Below the pieces are notes generated by a model. The model was not told where the DNA came from. It ran no database searches and worked only from the letters and a program-made list of their open reading frames with translations. Positions 10,272 through 24,322 of a stretch of DNA of 64,000 nt are shown here, piece after piece. The translations under genes and the position numbers were made by a program. This stretch comes from Treponemataceae bacterium (GTDB lineage Bacteria > Spirochaetota > Spirochaetia > Treponematales > Rectinemataceae), in contig CAXXVZ010000002.1 of assembly GCA_963678065.2 (NCBI GenBank), positions 512,001 through 576,000 of the forward strand. The letters are read 5' to 3'. How positions within the stretch are numbered: the stretch's first letter is position 1; every line of letters starts with the position of its first letter.

Positions 10272-11105
10272 TCAGCCGAAACGCCCGGAGATGTAGTTCT
10301 CCGTCCGCTCGTCGCGCGGATTGAAAAATATCTGTTTCGTGGGGCCGTATTCAACCAGGTCCCCCACGAGGAGGAAGGCCGTCGAATCGGAGACGCGGCT
10401 CGCCTGCTGCATGTTGTGCGTCACGATGATGATCGTGTAGCGCTGTTTGAGTTCGTCGAGGAGGTTCTCGATCTTGGATGTCGAGATGGGATCGAGAGCG
10501 CTCGTGGGCTCGTCCATGAGGATGATCTCGGGTTTGACGGCGATCGTGCGCGCGATGCACAGGCGCTGCTGCTGGCCGCCCGAGAGGGCGTAGGCGCTCT
10601 GCTTCAGTTTGTCTTTCACCTCGTCCCAGAGCGCCACCTGGCGCAGTGAGGACTCGACGAGTTCGTCCATGTCGCCGGAGTAGCCGTTTATCCGCGCGCC
10701 CCAGGCGATGTTTTCGTGGATGCTTTTCGGGAAGGGGTTGGGTTTCTGGAATACCATCCCGATCCAGCGCCTGACGTGCACAGGGTCGATGGCGGGATCG
10801 TAGATGTTCACGCCGTGAAAGAGTACCTCCCCATCCACCTTCGTGCCCTGGATGAGGTCGTTCATGCGGTTGAAGGCCCGGAGCGCCGTGCTCTTGCCGC
10901 AGCCCGACGGACCGATGATGGCCGTGACGCTGCGCTTCGGGAAACTCATCGTCAGTTTCTTCACCGCCGCAAAGCCGTCGGCGTAGGTGATAGTGAGGTT
11001 CCTGACGTCGAGGGCGCTGCCCTGCCCGCCCGCGATGGATTCCGCTCCGGTCGCGAGCGGAACCGAAAAAGGATTGTCGTCGTTCTTTCTGGCGAACATG
11101 CTCAT
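10272..11105 (-). CDS. pstB: Phosphate ABC ATPase PstB
   Basis: [45 protein letters not shown]. Confidence 0.97.
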   Translation of the reverse strand: MSMFARKNDDNPFSVPLATGAESIAGGQGSALDVRNLTITYADGFAAVKKLTMSFPKRSVTAIIGPSGCGKSTALRAFNRMNDLIQGTKVDGEVLFHGVNIYDPAIDPVHVRRWIGMVFQKPNPFPKSIHENIAWGARINGYSGDMDELVESSLRQVALWDEVKDKLKQSAYALSGGQQQRLCIARTIAVKPEIILMDEPTSALDPISTSKIENLLDELKQRYTIIIVTHNMQQASRVSDSTAFLLVGDLVEYGPTKQIFFNPRDERTENYISGRFG

Positions 11106-12385
11106 TTTCCGAGCCTCTTCTCTTTTCGGTATTTATTGCGCACGATTATGGCCGAGGCGTTGAGCGTCAGGCCGAGAATCATGAGGACGAGGATGGCGGC
11201 CGCCGCGAGATTGCGGAACTCGGCTTGCGGTCGCGCCGTCCACTGGTAGATCTGTATGGGAAGCGTCGTGAACTTCGAGAAGGGCCCCGTCGGGTCCTGC
11301 GTGAGGAAGGTCGAAGCCCCGACGACGACGAGAGGCGCCGTCTCGCCGAGTGCGCGCGATACCGCGAGCACGGTCCCCGTCATGATGCGGTCGACCGAAG
11401 CCGGCAGGACGTGGTGCCAGATCGTCTGCCACTTGGTCGCACCCACGGCCAGGCTCGACTGCCGGAGCGAATCGGGCACGGCGCGCAGGGCCTCCTGCGC
11501 GTTGATGATGACGATGGGAAGGATGAGGACAGCCAGAGTGAGCGAGGCGGAGAGTATGGTCCTTCCGTTCGCGCCCCCGCTTCCCGCCGCGCCGGCGACC
11601 GATGCGGCGCCGGCCGCCACCTTGGCGCCGACTCCGAAAATCGCCCCCGATGTGAGCGGTTCGAGCAGCCGCACGAAAATCGCGAGCCCGAGCATGCCGT
11701 AGATAATGGAAGGAACGCCCGCGAGATTGTAGATATTCGTCTCTATCATCCGGTTGACCGGAGAGTCTTTGGCGTATTCTTCGAGATAGATCGCGGCGGC
11801 CACGCCGACGGGGAAGGCGATGAGAATGGTCAGGAGGATCGTCCCGAGCGAGCCGATGATCGCGCCCCGTATGCCGGCATCGAGGGCGACGCTCGACTGG
11901 GGTTTCGTGAAGAGTCCCCCGTTGATCCATGATCTGAAGGTCAGTTCGCCTTCGGGATAGACCTCCGCGACTTCCTTCCGTATCGCCTGCGCGCCAAGAA
12001 GGCTCTGTCCCAGTGTCCATGTTTTCTTGACGATGGGGTTGACGACCTCGGTGAGGACGAGCGCGTACAACTCATCCCTCGAGCGGGAGTTCATCGGCTT
12101 CTCTTCGTCGAGCTTGATGTAGAGTCGGCGGGAAATATTCTCCTGAAGGTCCGCGACGAGGGCGGTCGCGTCCTGCTTGACGAGCGGAACCCCATCCCTT
12201 TCGAGCGTCGCGGGATCGACTTCGGGGACAGTGAGGACGTAGCCGAAGCTCCGGTTCACGATGCTGGCGACGAGAGAAACGAGGAAGAGGACGGAGAGGG
12301 CGGTCGCGAGGAGGAAAACCACGCTCCAGCGTCTGCCCGCGGCATTCCTCGCCGGGAGGTTCGTGATGAAATCGTCCCGCTTCAT
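11102..12385 (-). CDS. pstA: Phosphate ABC permease PstA (long form with N-terminal periplasmic insertion)
   Basis: [26 protein letters not shown]; operon context. Confidence 0.93.
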   Translation of the reverse strand: MKRDDFITNLPARNAAGRRWSVVFLLATALSVLFLVSLVASIVNRSFGYVLTVPEVDPATLERDGVPLVKQDATALVADLQENISRRLYIKLDEEKPMNSRSRDELYALVLTEVVNPIVKKTWTLGQSLLGAQAIRKEVAEVYPEGELTFRSWINGGLFTKPQSSVALDAGIRGAIIGSLGTILLTILIAFPVGVAAAIYLEEYAKDSPVNRMIETNIYNLAGVPSIIYGMLGLAIFVRLLEPLTSGAIFGVGAKVAAGAASVAGAAGSGGANGRTILSASLTLAVLILPIVIINAQEALRAVPDSLRQSSLAVGATKWQTIWHHVLPASVDRIMTGTVLAVSRALGETAPLVVVGASTFLTQDPTGPFSKFTTLPIQIYQWTARPQAEFRNLAAAAILVLMILGLTLNASAIIVRNKYRKEKRLGK

Positions 12386-13344
12386 TCGTAGACCTCCCGG
12401 TAGCGGCGGATGATCTTCCGCGAGAGGATGTTGAGCCCGAGCGTCACGAGGAAGAGAAGAAGGGCGATAGCGAAGAGGCTCCGGTAGTCGATGGAGTCGT
12501 AGGGGAGGTCGCCGCCTGAGATGCGCACTATGTGTCCCGTCATGGTCTCCGCGGAGCGGAAGGGGTTCAGCGTGAAATTGGGCCCCGCGCCCGCTGCGAG
12601 CGCGACGATCATCGTCTCTCCGACGGCGCGGGACAGTCCGAGGATGAATGCAGCCGCCAGGCCGGAAAACGCGGAAGGAACGACGATCTTTATCGAGGTC
12701 TCCAGCTTGGTCGCTCCCATCGCGAAAGAAGCTTCACGGAGCGAACCGGGCACAGCCGACAGGGCATCCTCGCACATCGAGGCGATGAGGGGCAGGATGA
12801 GGATACCCATGACGAGCCCCGCGGAGAGCGTGTTGTAGATCTCGACATTCTGTTGCCCGAAGACGCCCCGGATGAGCGGCGTGACCGTCGTGAGGGCGAA
12901 GTACCCGTACACGACAGTCGGAATGCCCGCGAGCACTTCGAGGATGGGCTTCAGGATGTCGCGGACTTGCGGACTGGCGTACTCGGCGAGGTAGATGGCC
13001 ACGACCATGCCGAGGGGCAGGGCCACCAGCATGGCGTAGAAGCTTGTCGTGAGCGTGGCGGTGACGAGGGGCAGGATGCCGAATTTCCCGATCGTGGGCT
13101 GCCAGACCGTTCCGGTGAAAAACTCGACCAGCGACACTTCTTTGAAGAATCCGAAGGATTCCCGTCCCAGAGTCAGGACGATGCCTATGGTCGTGAATAT
13201 GGAAATCACGGCGCAAAAGTACAGGAAGGCTTCGACGAGGGTCTCGCCGGGACGGACCGTCCGTCCCAGGCGAATGATTCCCGTCGACTCCTCCCTGTAC
13301 CCTCGCGTCGGGCCGGATCCTGCGGAACCGGTTCGCTCTGTCAT
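12382..13344 (-). CDS. pstC: Phosphate ABC permease PstC
   Basis: LAGIPTVVYG, RAVGETMIV; operon context. Confidence 0.95.
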   Translation of the reverse strand: MTERTGSAGSGPTRGYREESTGIIRLGRTVRPGETLVEAFLYFCAVISIFTTIGIVLTLGRESFGFFKEVSLVEFFTGTVWQPTIGKFGILPLVTATLTTSFYAMLVALPLGMVVAIYLAEYASPQVRDILKPILEVLAGIPTVVYGYFALTTVTPLIRGVFGQQNVEIYNTLSAGLVMGILILPLIASMCEDALSAVPGSLREASFAMGATKLETSIKIVVPSAFSGLAAAFILGLSRAVGETMIVALAAGAGPNFTLNPFRSAETMTGHIVRISGGDLPYDSIDYRSLFAIALLLFLVTLGLNILSRKIIRRYREVYE

Positions 13345-13346
13345 GT

Positions 13347-14330
13347 TCAGAAGCGTCCCTTCATCGCCGTGGCGAGAAGCTGTTTGGACTTCTTGATCTC
13401 CTCGGCGGGAGCGGGGAAGTAGCCGACCTTCTTGATGACTTTGTTGACAGTGGTCAGGTAGTAGGTGAGGAAGGCGGCGACCTGGGGCTTCTCGGCGATG
13501 ATGCGGGCGTCGGAGTAGAGGAAGAGAGGGCGGGCGAGGGCATAGGTGCCCGCATCCACGGACGCTTGGCTGGGCTCGACACCATTCACGGAGACGGCCC
13601 TGAGCTTGGCCTTGTTCTCGACGTAGTAGGCGAAGCCGAAGTAGCCGATCGAGTATTCGTCGCCCTCGACACCCTGGACGAGAACGTTGTCATCTTCGGA
13701 GAGCTGGAGATTCTTCGCGCTGAGGAGAGGCTTCGTGTCTTTCTTGAAGAGGTGCTCGACCAGGTAGCTGAAGGTGCCGGAGTCGGTGCCGGGACTGAAG
13801 CGCTTGATCTCCTTCTTGGGCCAGGCCGCGCGGACGTCGGACCAGTAGGTCGCGGTGGAGAATATCTTGGCGAGCTCGGCGTTCGTGGCGTCCTGGAGGA
13901 AGGTGTTCTTGGTGCTCACGACGATGGAGAGGGCGTCGGTGCCGATCCTGAACCCGATGGGCGTCCGGGGAGGATTCAGCTTGGCCGCGGAGTCGATCTG
14001 AGCCGCGCTGATCGCGACGGAGGCGTTGGAGATGTCGGTCTCGCCCGCTTTGCAGAAGCGGTCGAATCCGGCTCCGGAGCCGATGGAGTCGATGGTGATC
14101 TGGCCAGTGAAACCTTCCTTCTTGAAGCGCTCGGCGATAGCTTCGGAGAGCGGGAAGACCGTGGATGAGCCGGCGGTGATCACGGTGCCGGTCACTTTGG
14201 AGGGATTGACGCCGGGCAGAATTTTGTCGACATCGTCGGAGACGGAATCGACCCAGGTGAACTTGCTCTGGGCGAAAGCGGAGAAAGCCGCCATCGTCAA
14301 CAAGGCAACTACAAGGATTTTCTTCATCAT
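13347..14330 (-). CDS. pstS: Phosphate-binding protein PstS
   Basis: AGSSTVFP, GSGAG, TDSGT, SEDDN, YALARPLFLY. Confidence 0.93.
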   Translation of the reverse strand: MMKKILVVALLTMAAFSAFAQSKFTWVDSVSDDVDKILPGVNPSKVTGTVITAGSSTVFPLSEAIAERFKKEGFTGQITIDSIGSGAGFDRFCKAGETDISNASVAISAAQIDSAAKLNPPRTPIGFRIGTDALSIVVSTKNTFLQDATNAELAKIFSTATYWSDVRAAWPKKEIKRFSPGTDSGTFSYLVEHLFKKDTKPLLSAKNLQLSEDDNVLVQGVEGDEYSIGYFGFAYYVENKAKLRAVSVNGVEPSQASVDAGTYALARPLFLYSDARIIAEKPQVAAFLTYYLTTVNKVIKKVGYFPAPAEEIKKSKQLLATAMKGRF

Positions 14331-14429
14331 GATCCTCCGTGCTACGTAAAAACATTCGGCTCCAGATGAGCGTGGGCAAAAAGTACGGGATGCCGGTGAG
14401 TATTCAAGTAGCCTTGTGTCAGGATTCGG

Positions 14430-17653
<3,224 letters not shown>

Positions 17654-17657
<4 letters not shown>

Positions 17658-18784
17658 ATCCCTATGGCGACACCCGTCAATGTCTGGTTCACATGAATGC
17701 CGTTGTACTGCTCGCCGTAGGTGCTGAAGCCCACGAAGTTGTAGGCCCTGAGCGCCTCTCCCGCAGCTTCGACCTGGCCACTCTGCTCGAGTTCGAGTCG
17801 CCGGAGGATGCAGTCGCAGCCCAGAATCAGCTGAAGGCCGGGCACGCGTTCGCGAAGGGCCGCAAGTTCGGCCCCGAGATGCTCGACGAGGTTTTTGCCC
17901 TGTGCGACCGTGAGGACAAGCCCGTTGTCGATGGCGCAGAAGAAGGTCAGGCTCCCGTCGGAGTTGGCCTTCTGGATGGCGCGGACAAAGTATTCACCCC
18001 CGATGCGCAGCATTACAGGGTAAGCCGCGAAGACCTGAGGAGTCAGTTCCGTGAGTTCGAGCCCGACCACCTTTGCATACTCCTCGGCTGCGGGGCCGCC
18101 ATTGATTTCGTACACTGTCCGCGTCGGCCCGTCGGCTTCCGTGATGACAAGGCGCCTGCCGGTCGGCTCAAAATGCTGGATCTTGAAAGTTTCGAAAGGA
18201 AGGGAGGTGTCGACGAGAACGAGGACAGCCGCATCGGACTGGAATTTTCCATCGAAATACACATAAGTCCTGCCGAAATTGAGCCCGTCGCCCGCGGAGC
18301 CTCCGATCAGGGGCACTCCGTCGAGGCTGCCGAACAGCATGGCGACGAGCTGCTCCTCGAGCATGGACATACCGTCCACCAGAAGGAAGGTGAACATCCT
18401 CGCGGCCTTCAGGACTTCGCCGCCAGTCGCCTCGTCGCGTAAACTCTGAGCCAGCTCGCGGGCGGCAATCACATCGAACTGCCCGAGTCCGGAAATGAGG
18501 CGCGGATAGGCTTTCAGTTCGGCCGAATAGAGCGAGACGAGGATGAGGCCGCCCTTCACATACCCTTCGGGCCCATATATCTCTCCGGCCGACGTGCAGC
18601 CGACGACCGTTCCGGGGATGAAATCGGGGATGGCCTTCCCCATCGCGTCGAGGTCGTACTCGGACGAACAGAAGACGATGGACAGGCTGGGCTTCCCCTC
18701 CGGCATGCCGGCAGTCGCCTCGCGCAGCGCGCCATAGGGGTCACGATTCCTGCTGAAACCGCGGTGATACTCCAGCCTTCCCAT
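17654..18784 (-). CDS. nosP: FIST-domain sensor protein (NosP-like)
   Basis: VFCSSEYD, GCTSAGEI, GGSAGDG, FFCAIDNG, GCDCILRRLE, GFSTYGEQ, HVNQT; coupled to a hybrid kinase. Confidence 0.82.
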
Positions 18785-18956
18785 GCCGCATCCTCCCTGC
18801 CACAGAACACATTCTAGCAGACTCTCATCCGGAAGGAATCCTTTCTATACCAGTATAGGTTGAAAAACGGCCAGGCTTCAATTTTTAACCGCAATTCCAT
18901 GCGCCGCGAGAGCCTTTCAGGCTCTTCCGGCCGGGCTCGGGGAGCAATACCCCGAT

Positions 18957-19382
18957 TCAGACTCCCCGGCTCAGCGCGAACCACAAGCATCCGAACAGCA
19001 GAAGTCCGAGGTTGGCGAACAGTGCCACCGCATCCTTCGCCTCGATCCTGATCGCGAGCACTTCGGAGCGGAAGGCAGCCGCTGCGAGGCTCAGGACCAG
19101 AATCAGGAGCCAGAAAGAAATCGTGCAGGCTTTGCCGACAATATACAATTGCCTCTCGTCGAATGCACGGCCAGGCCGTTTTAGCGAAACAAGGCCGATG
19201 ATGAAAAACACGACCCAGCTCCCGCCGATCCCCGCCGTCAACCCCGAAGTAAAGGATTCTCCCATTTTCAGGAACCCACCGAAGAGTGCCACATTGACGA
19301 ACATCAGCGCGAGCACGGCATTTGTCGCCACAAATTTCTTCATCGTCATTTTTCTTATTCCGTTCATCCTCATCGCGTTCAT
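18957..19382 (-). CDS. Small four-TM membrane protein with DER motif (DUF2178-like)
   Basis: Hydrophobic helices, FDERQ motif, start overlaps stop of upstream XRE gene. Confidence 0.65.
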   Translation of the reverse strand: MNAMRMNGIRKMTMKKFVATNAVLALMFVNVALFGGFLKMGESFTSGLTAGIGGSWVVFFIIGLVSLKRPGRAFDERQLYIVGKACTISFWLLILVLSLAAAAFRSEVLAIRIEAKDAVALFANLGLLLFGCLWFALSRGV

Positions 19383-19594
19383 TTTTCTTCCTCCAGAGTG
19401 GTTTCCGGCAACAAAAAAAGCTTCTCCACCGTCGAGCCAAGTTCGCGGGCCAGCATCAAGGCCAGCGTCAGGGAGGGATCGTAGCGCCCCCCCTCGATCG
19501 AGATGATTGTCTGACGCGACACGCCGAGTTTCCTGCCGAGATCTTCCTGGGTCATCCCGGTATGAGTTCGGAGTTCGCGCACGAGATTCTTCAT
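19379..19594 (-). CDS. XRE-family helix-turn-helix regulator (71 aa)
   Basis: MTQEDLGRKLGVSRQTIISIEGGRYDPSL; GGAG RBS. Confidence 0.92.
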   Translation of the reverse strand: MKNLVRELRTHTGMTQEDLGRKLGVSRQTIISIEGGRYDPSLTLALMLARELGSTVEKLFLLPETTLEEEK

Positions 19595-19646
19595 CGCAAC
19601 TCCTCCCGCGCCTGACGGGCTTCCCCTTCGCGGCGGAGGGAAGATT

Positions 19647-19707
19647 TGTCAAGCACGCTTGACATACCATAGCGCGACAAAGCCAAAAATGTCAAGCACG
19701 CTTTACA
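19647..19707. promoter_or_regulatory. Two 18-bp palindromic operators upstream of the XRE gene
   Basis: TGTCAAGCACGCTTGACA (19647-19664) and TGTCAAGCACGCTTTACA (19690-19707). Confidence 0.7.
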
Positions 19708-19846
19708 AATCATCATAAACCGAGAACCTCTGGATTCGCCACACAGCGGCGGCGAATGGGCCGATGCGCCACAATTTCCGGTAAAAAGAGTGCTTCAGCG
19801 CAAAGCGGCTTGACAGCGGCCGGGGTATCCGGCGGAGAATGCCGCC

Positions 19847-20128
19847 ATGAGTGCGTACTTTGTCGCCTTTATCCGAATTTCAGATAAGGCCCGCTACGAA
19901 GAGTATCTCGCAGGTTTCGACGCCGTCTTCGAGGGCGGCGAAGTCGTCGCGGTCGACGACGCGCCCATCATTCTCGAGGGAAACCCACCCGGGGGCCGAG
20001 CCGTCATCATCCGCTTCCCCGACGATGCAACCCTTCGCCGCTGGTACGACTCCCCCGGCTACGCCCGACTTCGCGCTATCAGGCAGTCGGCCTCGGAAGG
20101 CGACATACTCCTGGTGCATGGACGATAG
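19847..20128 (+). CDS. DUF1330-family small protein
   Basis: ILEG...VIIRFPD....RWYDSPGY...R pattern. Confidence 0.8.
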   Translation: MSAYFVAFIRISDKARYEEYLAGFDAVFEGGEVVAVDDAPIILEGNPPGGRAVIIRFPDDATLRRWYDSPGYARLRAIRQSASEGDILLVHGR

Positions 20129-20193
20129 CCATCTCTCCTGCGTCGACACGAAAGTTGGTTGACGCAATCATCCAACCAGACGTATAATGCTTC

Positions 20194-22824
20194 ATGAAGT
20201 ACGGCCATTTCGACGACAAAGCCCGCGAATACGTCATCACCCGCCCCGATACGCCCTTCCCCTGGCTCAACTACCTGGGTCAGAACGATTTTTTCGGCCT
20301 GTGCACCAACACCGCGGGAGGCTACACCTTCTGGAAGGACGCGCGCTTCCGCCGCCTGACCCGCTACCGCTACAACAACGTCCCCACCGATCTCGGCGGG
20401 CGCTACCTATATGTCAACGATTCGGGCTCTGTCTGGAATCCCGGATGGAAGCCGGTCAAAGCGAAGCTCGACCGCTACGAGTGCCGCCACGGCATGGGCT
20501 ACACGAGGATCCTGGGGGAAAAGGACGGCCTGGAAGTCATCCAGACCATGTTCGTCCCGCTGGACGAAAACCTCGAGCTCTGGAAGATCGAAGTCGCCAA
20601 CCCGGGGGCCGTGCACAAGTCCGTGAAGCTCTACTCTTACCAGGAGTTCGCATTCTACGAAGCCCTGAACGATATGACCAACTACCAGCGCACCTGGTCT
20701 ATCGGAGAGGTCGAGGTCGAAGGCGGGGCCATCTACCACAAGACCGAGTACCGCGAGCGGCGCAACCACTACACGCTCTTCGCCTGCACCCGGCCCGTCT
20801 CGGGCTTCGATACCGACCGCGATGTCTTCGTCGGTGTCCACGAAGGGCTGCACGAGGCCCGCGTGCCCTTCGCGGGCGCAGCCGCAAACAGCATCGTCTG
20901 TGGCTGGAATCCGGTCGGCAGCCACGAAATCAGCCTCGAACTCGAGCCGGGGCAGCGGGAAAGCTTTGCCTTCATCCTCGCATACGTCGACCGGGACCTC
21001 GGAGGATCCGCTGTCGGAACCCCGACAAGGACCGCTGGCGTTCGTGGCGCGGGCGGTGAAAACTCATCGCCGAAAGCGGACAAGTTCACGGCTCCCGGCG
21101 TCATGGACAAGACCGAAGGCCGGGCAATCGTCGCACGCTACAGCTCTCCCGGCGCCGTCGACGCCGCCTTCGCCGCGCTGAAAGAGTACTGGGATCGCAG
21201 CCTCGCAGCCTTTGTGGCGGACTGCCCCGATCCCCACCTCTCGCGCATGGCCAGCATCTGGAACCAGTATCAGTGCATGGCCACCTTCAACCTGAGCCGC
21301 GCCGCCTCGATGTATGAAACCGGCATAGGGCGAGGCATGGGCTTCCGCGACTCCAACCAGGACATACTCGGCTTTGTCCACATGATCCCCGGGCGCGCCC
21401 GCGCGCGCATCCTCGACATCGCCGGGACCCAGCTCTCCGACGGGACCTGCTACCACCAGTACCAGCCGCTCACGAAGAAGGGCAACGCCGACATCGGCGG
21501 CGAATTCTACGACGACCACCTCTGGCTCATCCTCTCCACGGCAGCCTACATAAAGGAAACGGGCGACCTCTCCATCCTCGATGAAGCCTGCGGCTACGCC
21601 GATGGAGTATACGACAGCGAAGATACAGGTCACGAGGGCGGGGCTGCCCGGAATGCCGCGCCGCGCGTCCGCGAGACCCTCCTCCATCACCTCGAGACCT
21701 CGATCGCCTACACCATGAAGAAGCGCGGCCCCCGCGGCCTGCCGCTCATCGGCCACGCCGACTGGAACGACTGCCTCAACCTGAACTGCTTCTCGACCGA
21801 GCCCAACGAGAGCTTCCAGGCCTCAGGCGATGTGAAAAATTCGCAGGCCGAATCGGTCATGATCGCGGGGCTCTTCCTCTACGCGGCGCGCGAGCTGGCC
21901 GAACTCTACGGCTTCATGGGCAGGGCGGACGACGCGGCGCGCATCGCCCGTCTCCGGGACGAGATGCTGAAGACCGTGGAGCGCGTGGCCTGGGACGGCG
22001 CGTGGTACACCCGCGCCTACGACGCCGCCGGCAGGGTCATCGGTTCGAAAACAAACGACGAGGGGCAGATCTTCATCGAGAGCCAGGGCTGGTGCATCCT
22101 CGGCGGGGCGGGGATCGACAACGGGCGCGCCCGACGCGCCCTCCAAAGCGTGCACGAGCGCCTCTACACACCCGACGGCATCATCCTCCAGCAGCCCGCC
22201 TACTCGACCTATCGCCCCGAACTCGGCGAGATCAGCTCCTACCCGCCCGGCGTCAAGGAAAACGCGGGCATCTTCTCGCACAACAACACCTGGATTCACC
22301 TCGCCTTGAGCCTCCTCGGCGAGGGGGAGCGCGCACTCGAGTACTACCTCTCGATCTGCCCCTCGGCCAAGGAATCCAAAATCGACACCTACCGCTCCGA
22401 GCCCTACGTCTACGCCCAGATGACGGCGGGCCGCGATTCTCCGCGCGCAGGGGAGGCCAAGAACAGCTGGCTCACCGGCACGGCGGCATGGTCTTTCGTA
22501 TCCGCCAGCCAGGGCATACTCGGCGTGAAACCCGGCTATTCTGGCCTCGTCGTCGATCCCTGCATCCCGAAATCCTGGCCTAGCTTCACCGTCACGCGGG
22601 TTTTCCGCGGCGCAACCTACCATATAGATGTGAAGAACCCCGCCGGAGTCTGTGCGGGTGTCGTTTCGGCTACCGTGGACGGCCGGCCCCTCGTCCCCGA
22701 GAGCGGGATCGGCAATGGCAGCACAGCCGTGGCCGGCGGAGAGGGCAGCGACGGGCGCAAAGCCGTCCGCCTTCCGGTATTCCCCGCCGGAACCACACAC
22801 AGGGTCGAGGTGGTCCTGGGCTGA
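20194..22824 (+). CDS. GH94 glycoside phosphorylase, most like cellobiose phosphorylase
   Basis: MKYGHFDD..EYVIT, RRLTRYRYNNVP, GRGMGFRDSNQD, catalytic region ADWNDCLNLNCFS, KENAGIF, SWLTGTA. Confidence 0.9.
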   Translation: MKYGHFDDKAREYVITRPDTPFPWLNYLGQNDFFGLCTNTAGGYTFWKDARFRRLTRYRYNNVPTDLGGRYLYVNDSGSVWNPGWKPVKAKLDRYECRHGMGYTRILGEKDGLEVIQTMFVPLDENLELWKIEVANPGAVHKSVKLYSYQEFAFYEALNDMTNYQRTWSIGEVEVEGGAIYHKTEYRERRNHYTLFACTRPVSGFDTDRDVFVGVHEGLHEARVPFAGAAANSIVCGWNPVGSHEISLELEPGQRESFAFILAYVDRDLGGSAVGTPTRTAGVRGAGGENSSPKADKFTAPGVMDKTEGRAIVARYSSPGAVDAAFAALKEYWDRSLAAFVADCPDPHLSRMASIWNQYQCMATFNLSRAASMYETGIGRGMGFRDSNQDILGFVHMIPGRARARILDIAGTQLSDGTCYHQYQPLTKKGNADIGGEFYDDHLWLILSTAAYIKETGDLSILDEACGYADGVYDSEDTGHEGGAARNAAPRVRETLLHHLETSIAYTMKKRGPRGLPLIGHADWNDCLNLNCFSTEPNESFQASGDVKNSQAESVMIAGLFLYAARELAELYGFMGRADDAARIARLRDEMLKTVERVAWDGAWYTRAYDAAGRVIGSKTNDEGQIFIESQGWCILGGAGIDNGRARRALQSVHERLYTPDGIILQQPAYSTYRPELGEISSYPPGVKENAGIFSHNNTWIHLALSLLGEGERALEYYLSICPSAKESKIDTYRSEPYVYAQMTAGRDSPRAGEAKNSWLTGTAAWSFVSASQGILGVKPGYSGLVVDPCIPKSWPSFTVTRVFRGATYHIDVKNPAGVCAGVVSATVDGRPLVPESGIGNGSTAVAGGEGSDGRKAVRLPVFPAGTTHRVEVVLG

Positions 22825-22936
22825 AGCTGCCCTTCTCGCGTCACGGCAGCATCCTTAAGCCTCGCGGCGCCATGAATTCCGAAAGCCGGCCAACCGGGGC
22901 CTCGTGACCTTTTTGTCGATACTATCCTGAATTGCA

Positions 22937-24187
22937 TCAGGCCGTTTCGGCGATATCGACCGCGACGATGCGCCTGTCCCAGCGGTCGACGAATGTGGCG
23001 CCTGCCGCCCAGCACAGGCATAGCGCCGCAGTCGCCACCCACAGAACCGGATGCCCGCCGTCTTTCAGCACCGGCCCGGCGACGAGGGGCCCGACCGTCC
23101 AGCCCGCGGAATAGAACACGCCCATGAATGACTGGAATGAGGCGCGCCAGTTCGCGGGGGAATGCTTCGCGACGAATACACCCATGTTGACCGCGGCCAC
23201 GATCTCTCCCACCGTCCAGATGAAGGTCGAAACCGCGAAACCGGCCTTCCCGAGGGAGAACGCGAGCATGCCGAAGCCGATCACGTAGAAGCCCCCCGAG
23301 TACGCCATGCAGGCGAGAGGCGTCTTCGTCCGGAGCAGCCGCGCTATCGGTATCGAAAAGAGTATGACGGTGACTGCGTTGAGCGACATCACGAAGCCCA
23401 TGAAGCGGGGACCGTCGGCCCCGAGGGCCTCGGATATTTTCAGAGGCAGGCCGAAACCGGACTGCGAGTACGTGATGCTGTTGAGAAGGGTGAGTCCCGC
23501 GAAGGCGACGAGTATGGGCCGGGCGACGAAGGCCCGCAGGGCGCCCCGCTCGTCGTGCTTTTCCAGCGAAGTCGTCGCGTGCGAGAGGGCGGGCACATGG
23601 ACCCCGCGCGCGATCAGGAAAACCGAGGCGATGGTCGAGAGCGCGTCGCCGCGGAAGAGCCAGGGAATGCTCCGGTCAAAGAGGAAGGCCGCCACGAGAG
23701 GGCCGATCGCGACGCCGACATTGATCGACCAGTACTGCAGCCCGAAAACTTCCTTCCGCCGCCCCGCCGGGGAGAGATCGGTGAGCACGGCGCTTATGAG
23801 GGGCCGGGCGCCGCCCCGGAAAATGCTTCCCGCGACGATGAGCCAGGGCGCCCAGGCGTAGGCGTAGAGGAAACTCAGGGAAAAGTTGACGAGGCCCGCC
23901 GCCGCCTGACAGAGGAGGAGAGCCCGCTTGCGTCCGACCCTGTCAGCTATCCGTCCGGAAAGCAAGGACCCCGCCATCGATGCAGCGAAAACGAGCGAAA
24001 TCGTAGTCCCCGTTTTGATCGCGTCGAATCCGAGAATGCGAGAAAGATAGAGCGCGAGAAAAGCCCCGATAAAATCCCCGAAACGGTTGATCATGGTCGC
24101 GAAAAACATCGACCACAGAGAGCCGCCCAAACCCCGGTACGGGGCGATCAGTCTTTCAAACAGAGGGCGGTTTGTCGTTTTTCCCAT
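22937..24187 (-). CDS. MFS transporter
   Basis: Motif A GRIADRVGRK, about 12 TM segments; start set at MGKTT. Confidence 0.88.
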   Translation of the reverse strand: MGKTTNRPLFERLIAPYRGLGGSLWSMFFATMINRFGDFIGAFLALYLSRILGFDAIKTGTTISLVFAASMAGSLLSGRIADRVGRKRALLLCQAAAGLVNFSLSFLYAYAWAPWLIVAGSIFRGGARPLISAVLTDLSPAGRRKEVFGLQYWSINVGVAIGPLVAAFLFDRSIPWLFRGDALSTIASVFLIARGVHVPALSHATTSLEKHDERGALRAFVARPILVAFAGLTLLNSITYSQSGFGLPLKISEALGADGPRFMGFVMSLNAVTVILFSIPIARLLRTKTPLACMAYSGGFYVIGFGMLAFSLGKAGFAVSTFIWTVGEIVAAVNMGVFVAKHSPANWRASFQSFMGVFYSAGWTVGPLVAGPVLKDGGHPVLWVATAALCLCWAAGATFVDRWDRRIVAVDIAETA

Positions 24188-24251
24188 GGTGGAGCGATTA
24201 TACGGAAAAACTATCGCCTCATCCACCATTCATGTTGACAACACCACTATC

Positions 24252-24271
24252 ATATGTTATCAATAACCTAT
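24252..24271. promoter_or_regulatory. Imperfect palindrome between the MFS and hydrolase-PadR genes; candidate PadR operator
   Basis: ATATGTTATCAATAACCTAT, just downstream of TTGACA at 24235-24240. Confidence 0.4.
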
Positions 24272-24322
24272 GAATTCATGAACATCATCCTGAACGAAAC
24301 GTTTCAGGCGTGGGGAGGAGTT

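Noticed and set aside
19810..19849. DUF1330 gene as a leaderless candidate
   Set aside because: The spacer would be 19 bp with a poor -10, and a GGAG Shine-Dalgarno is present
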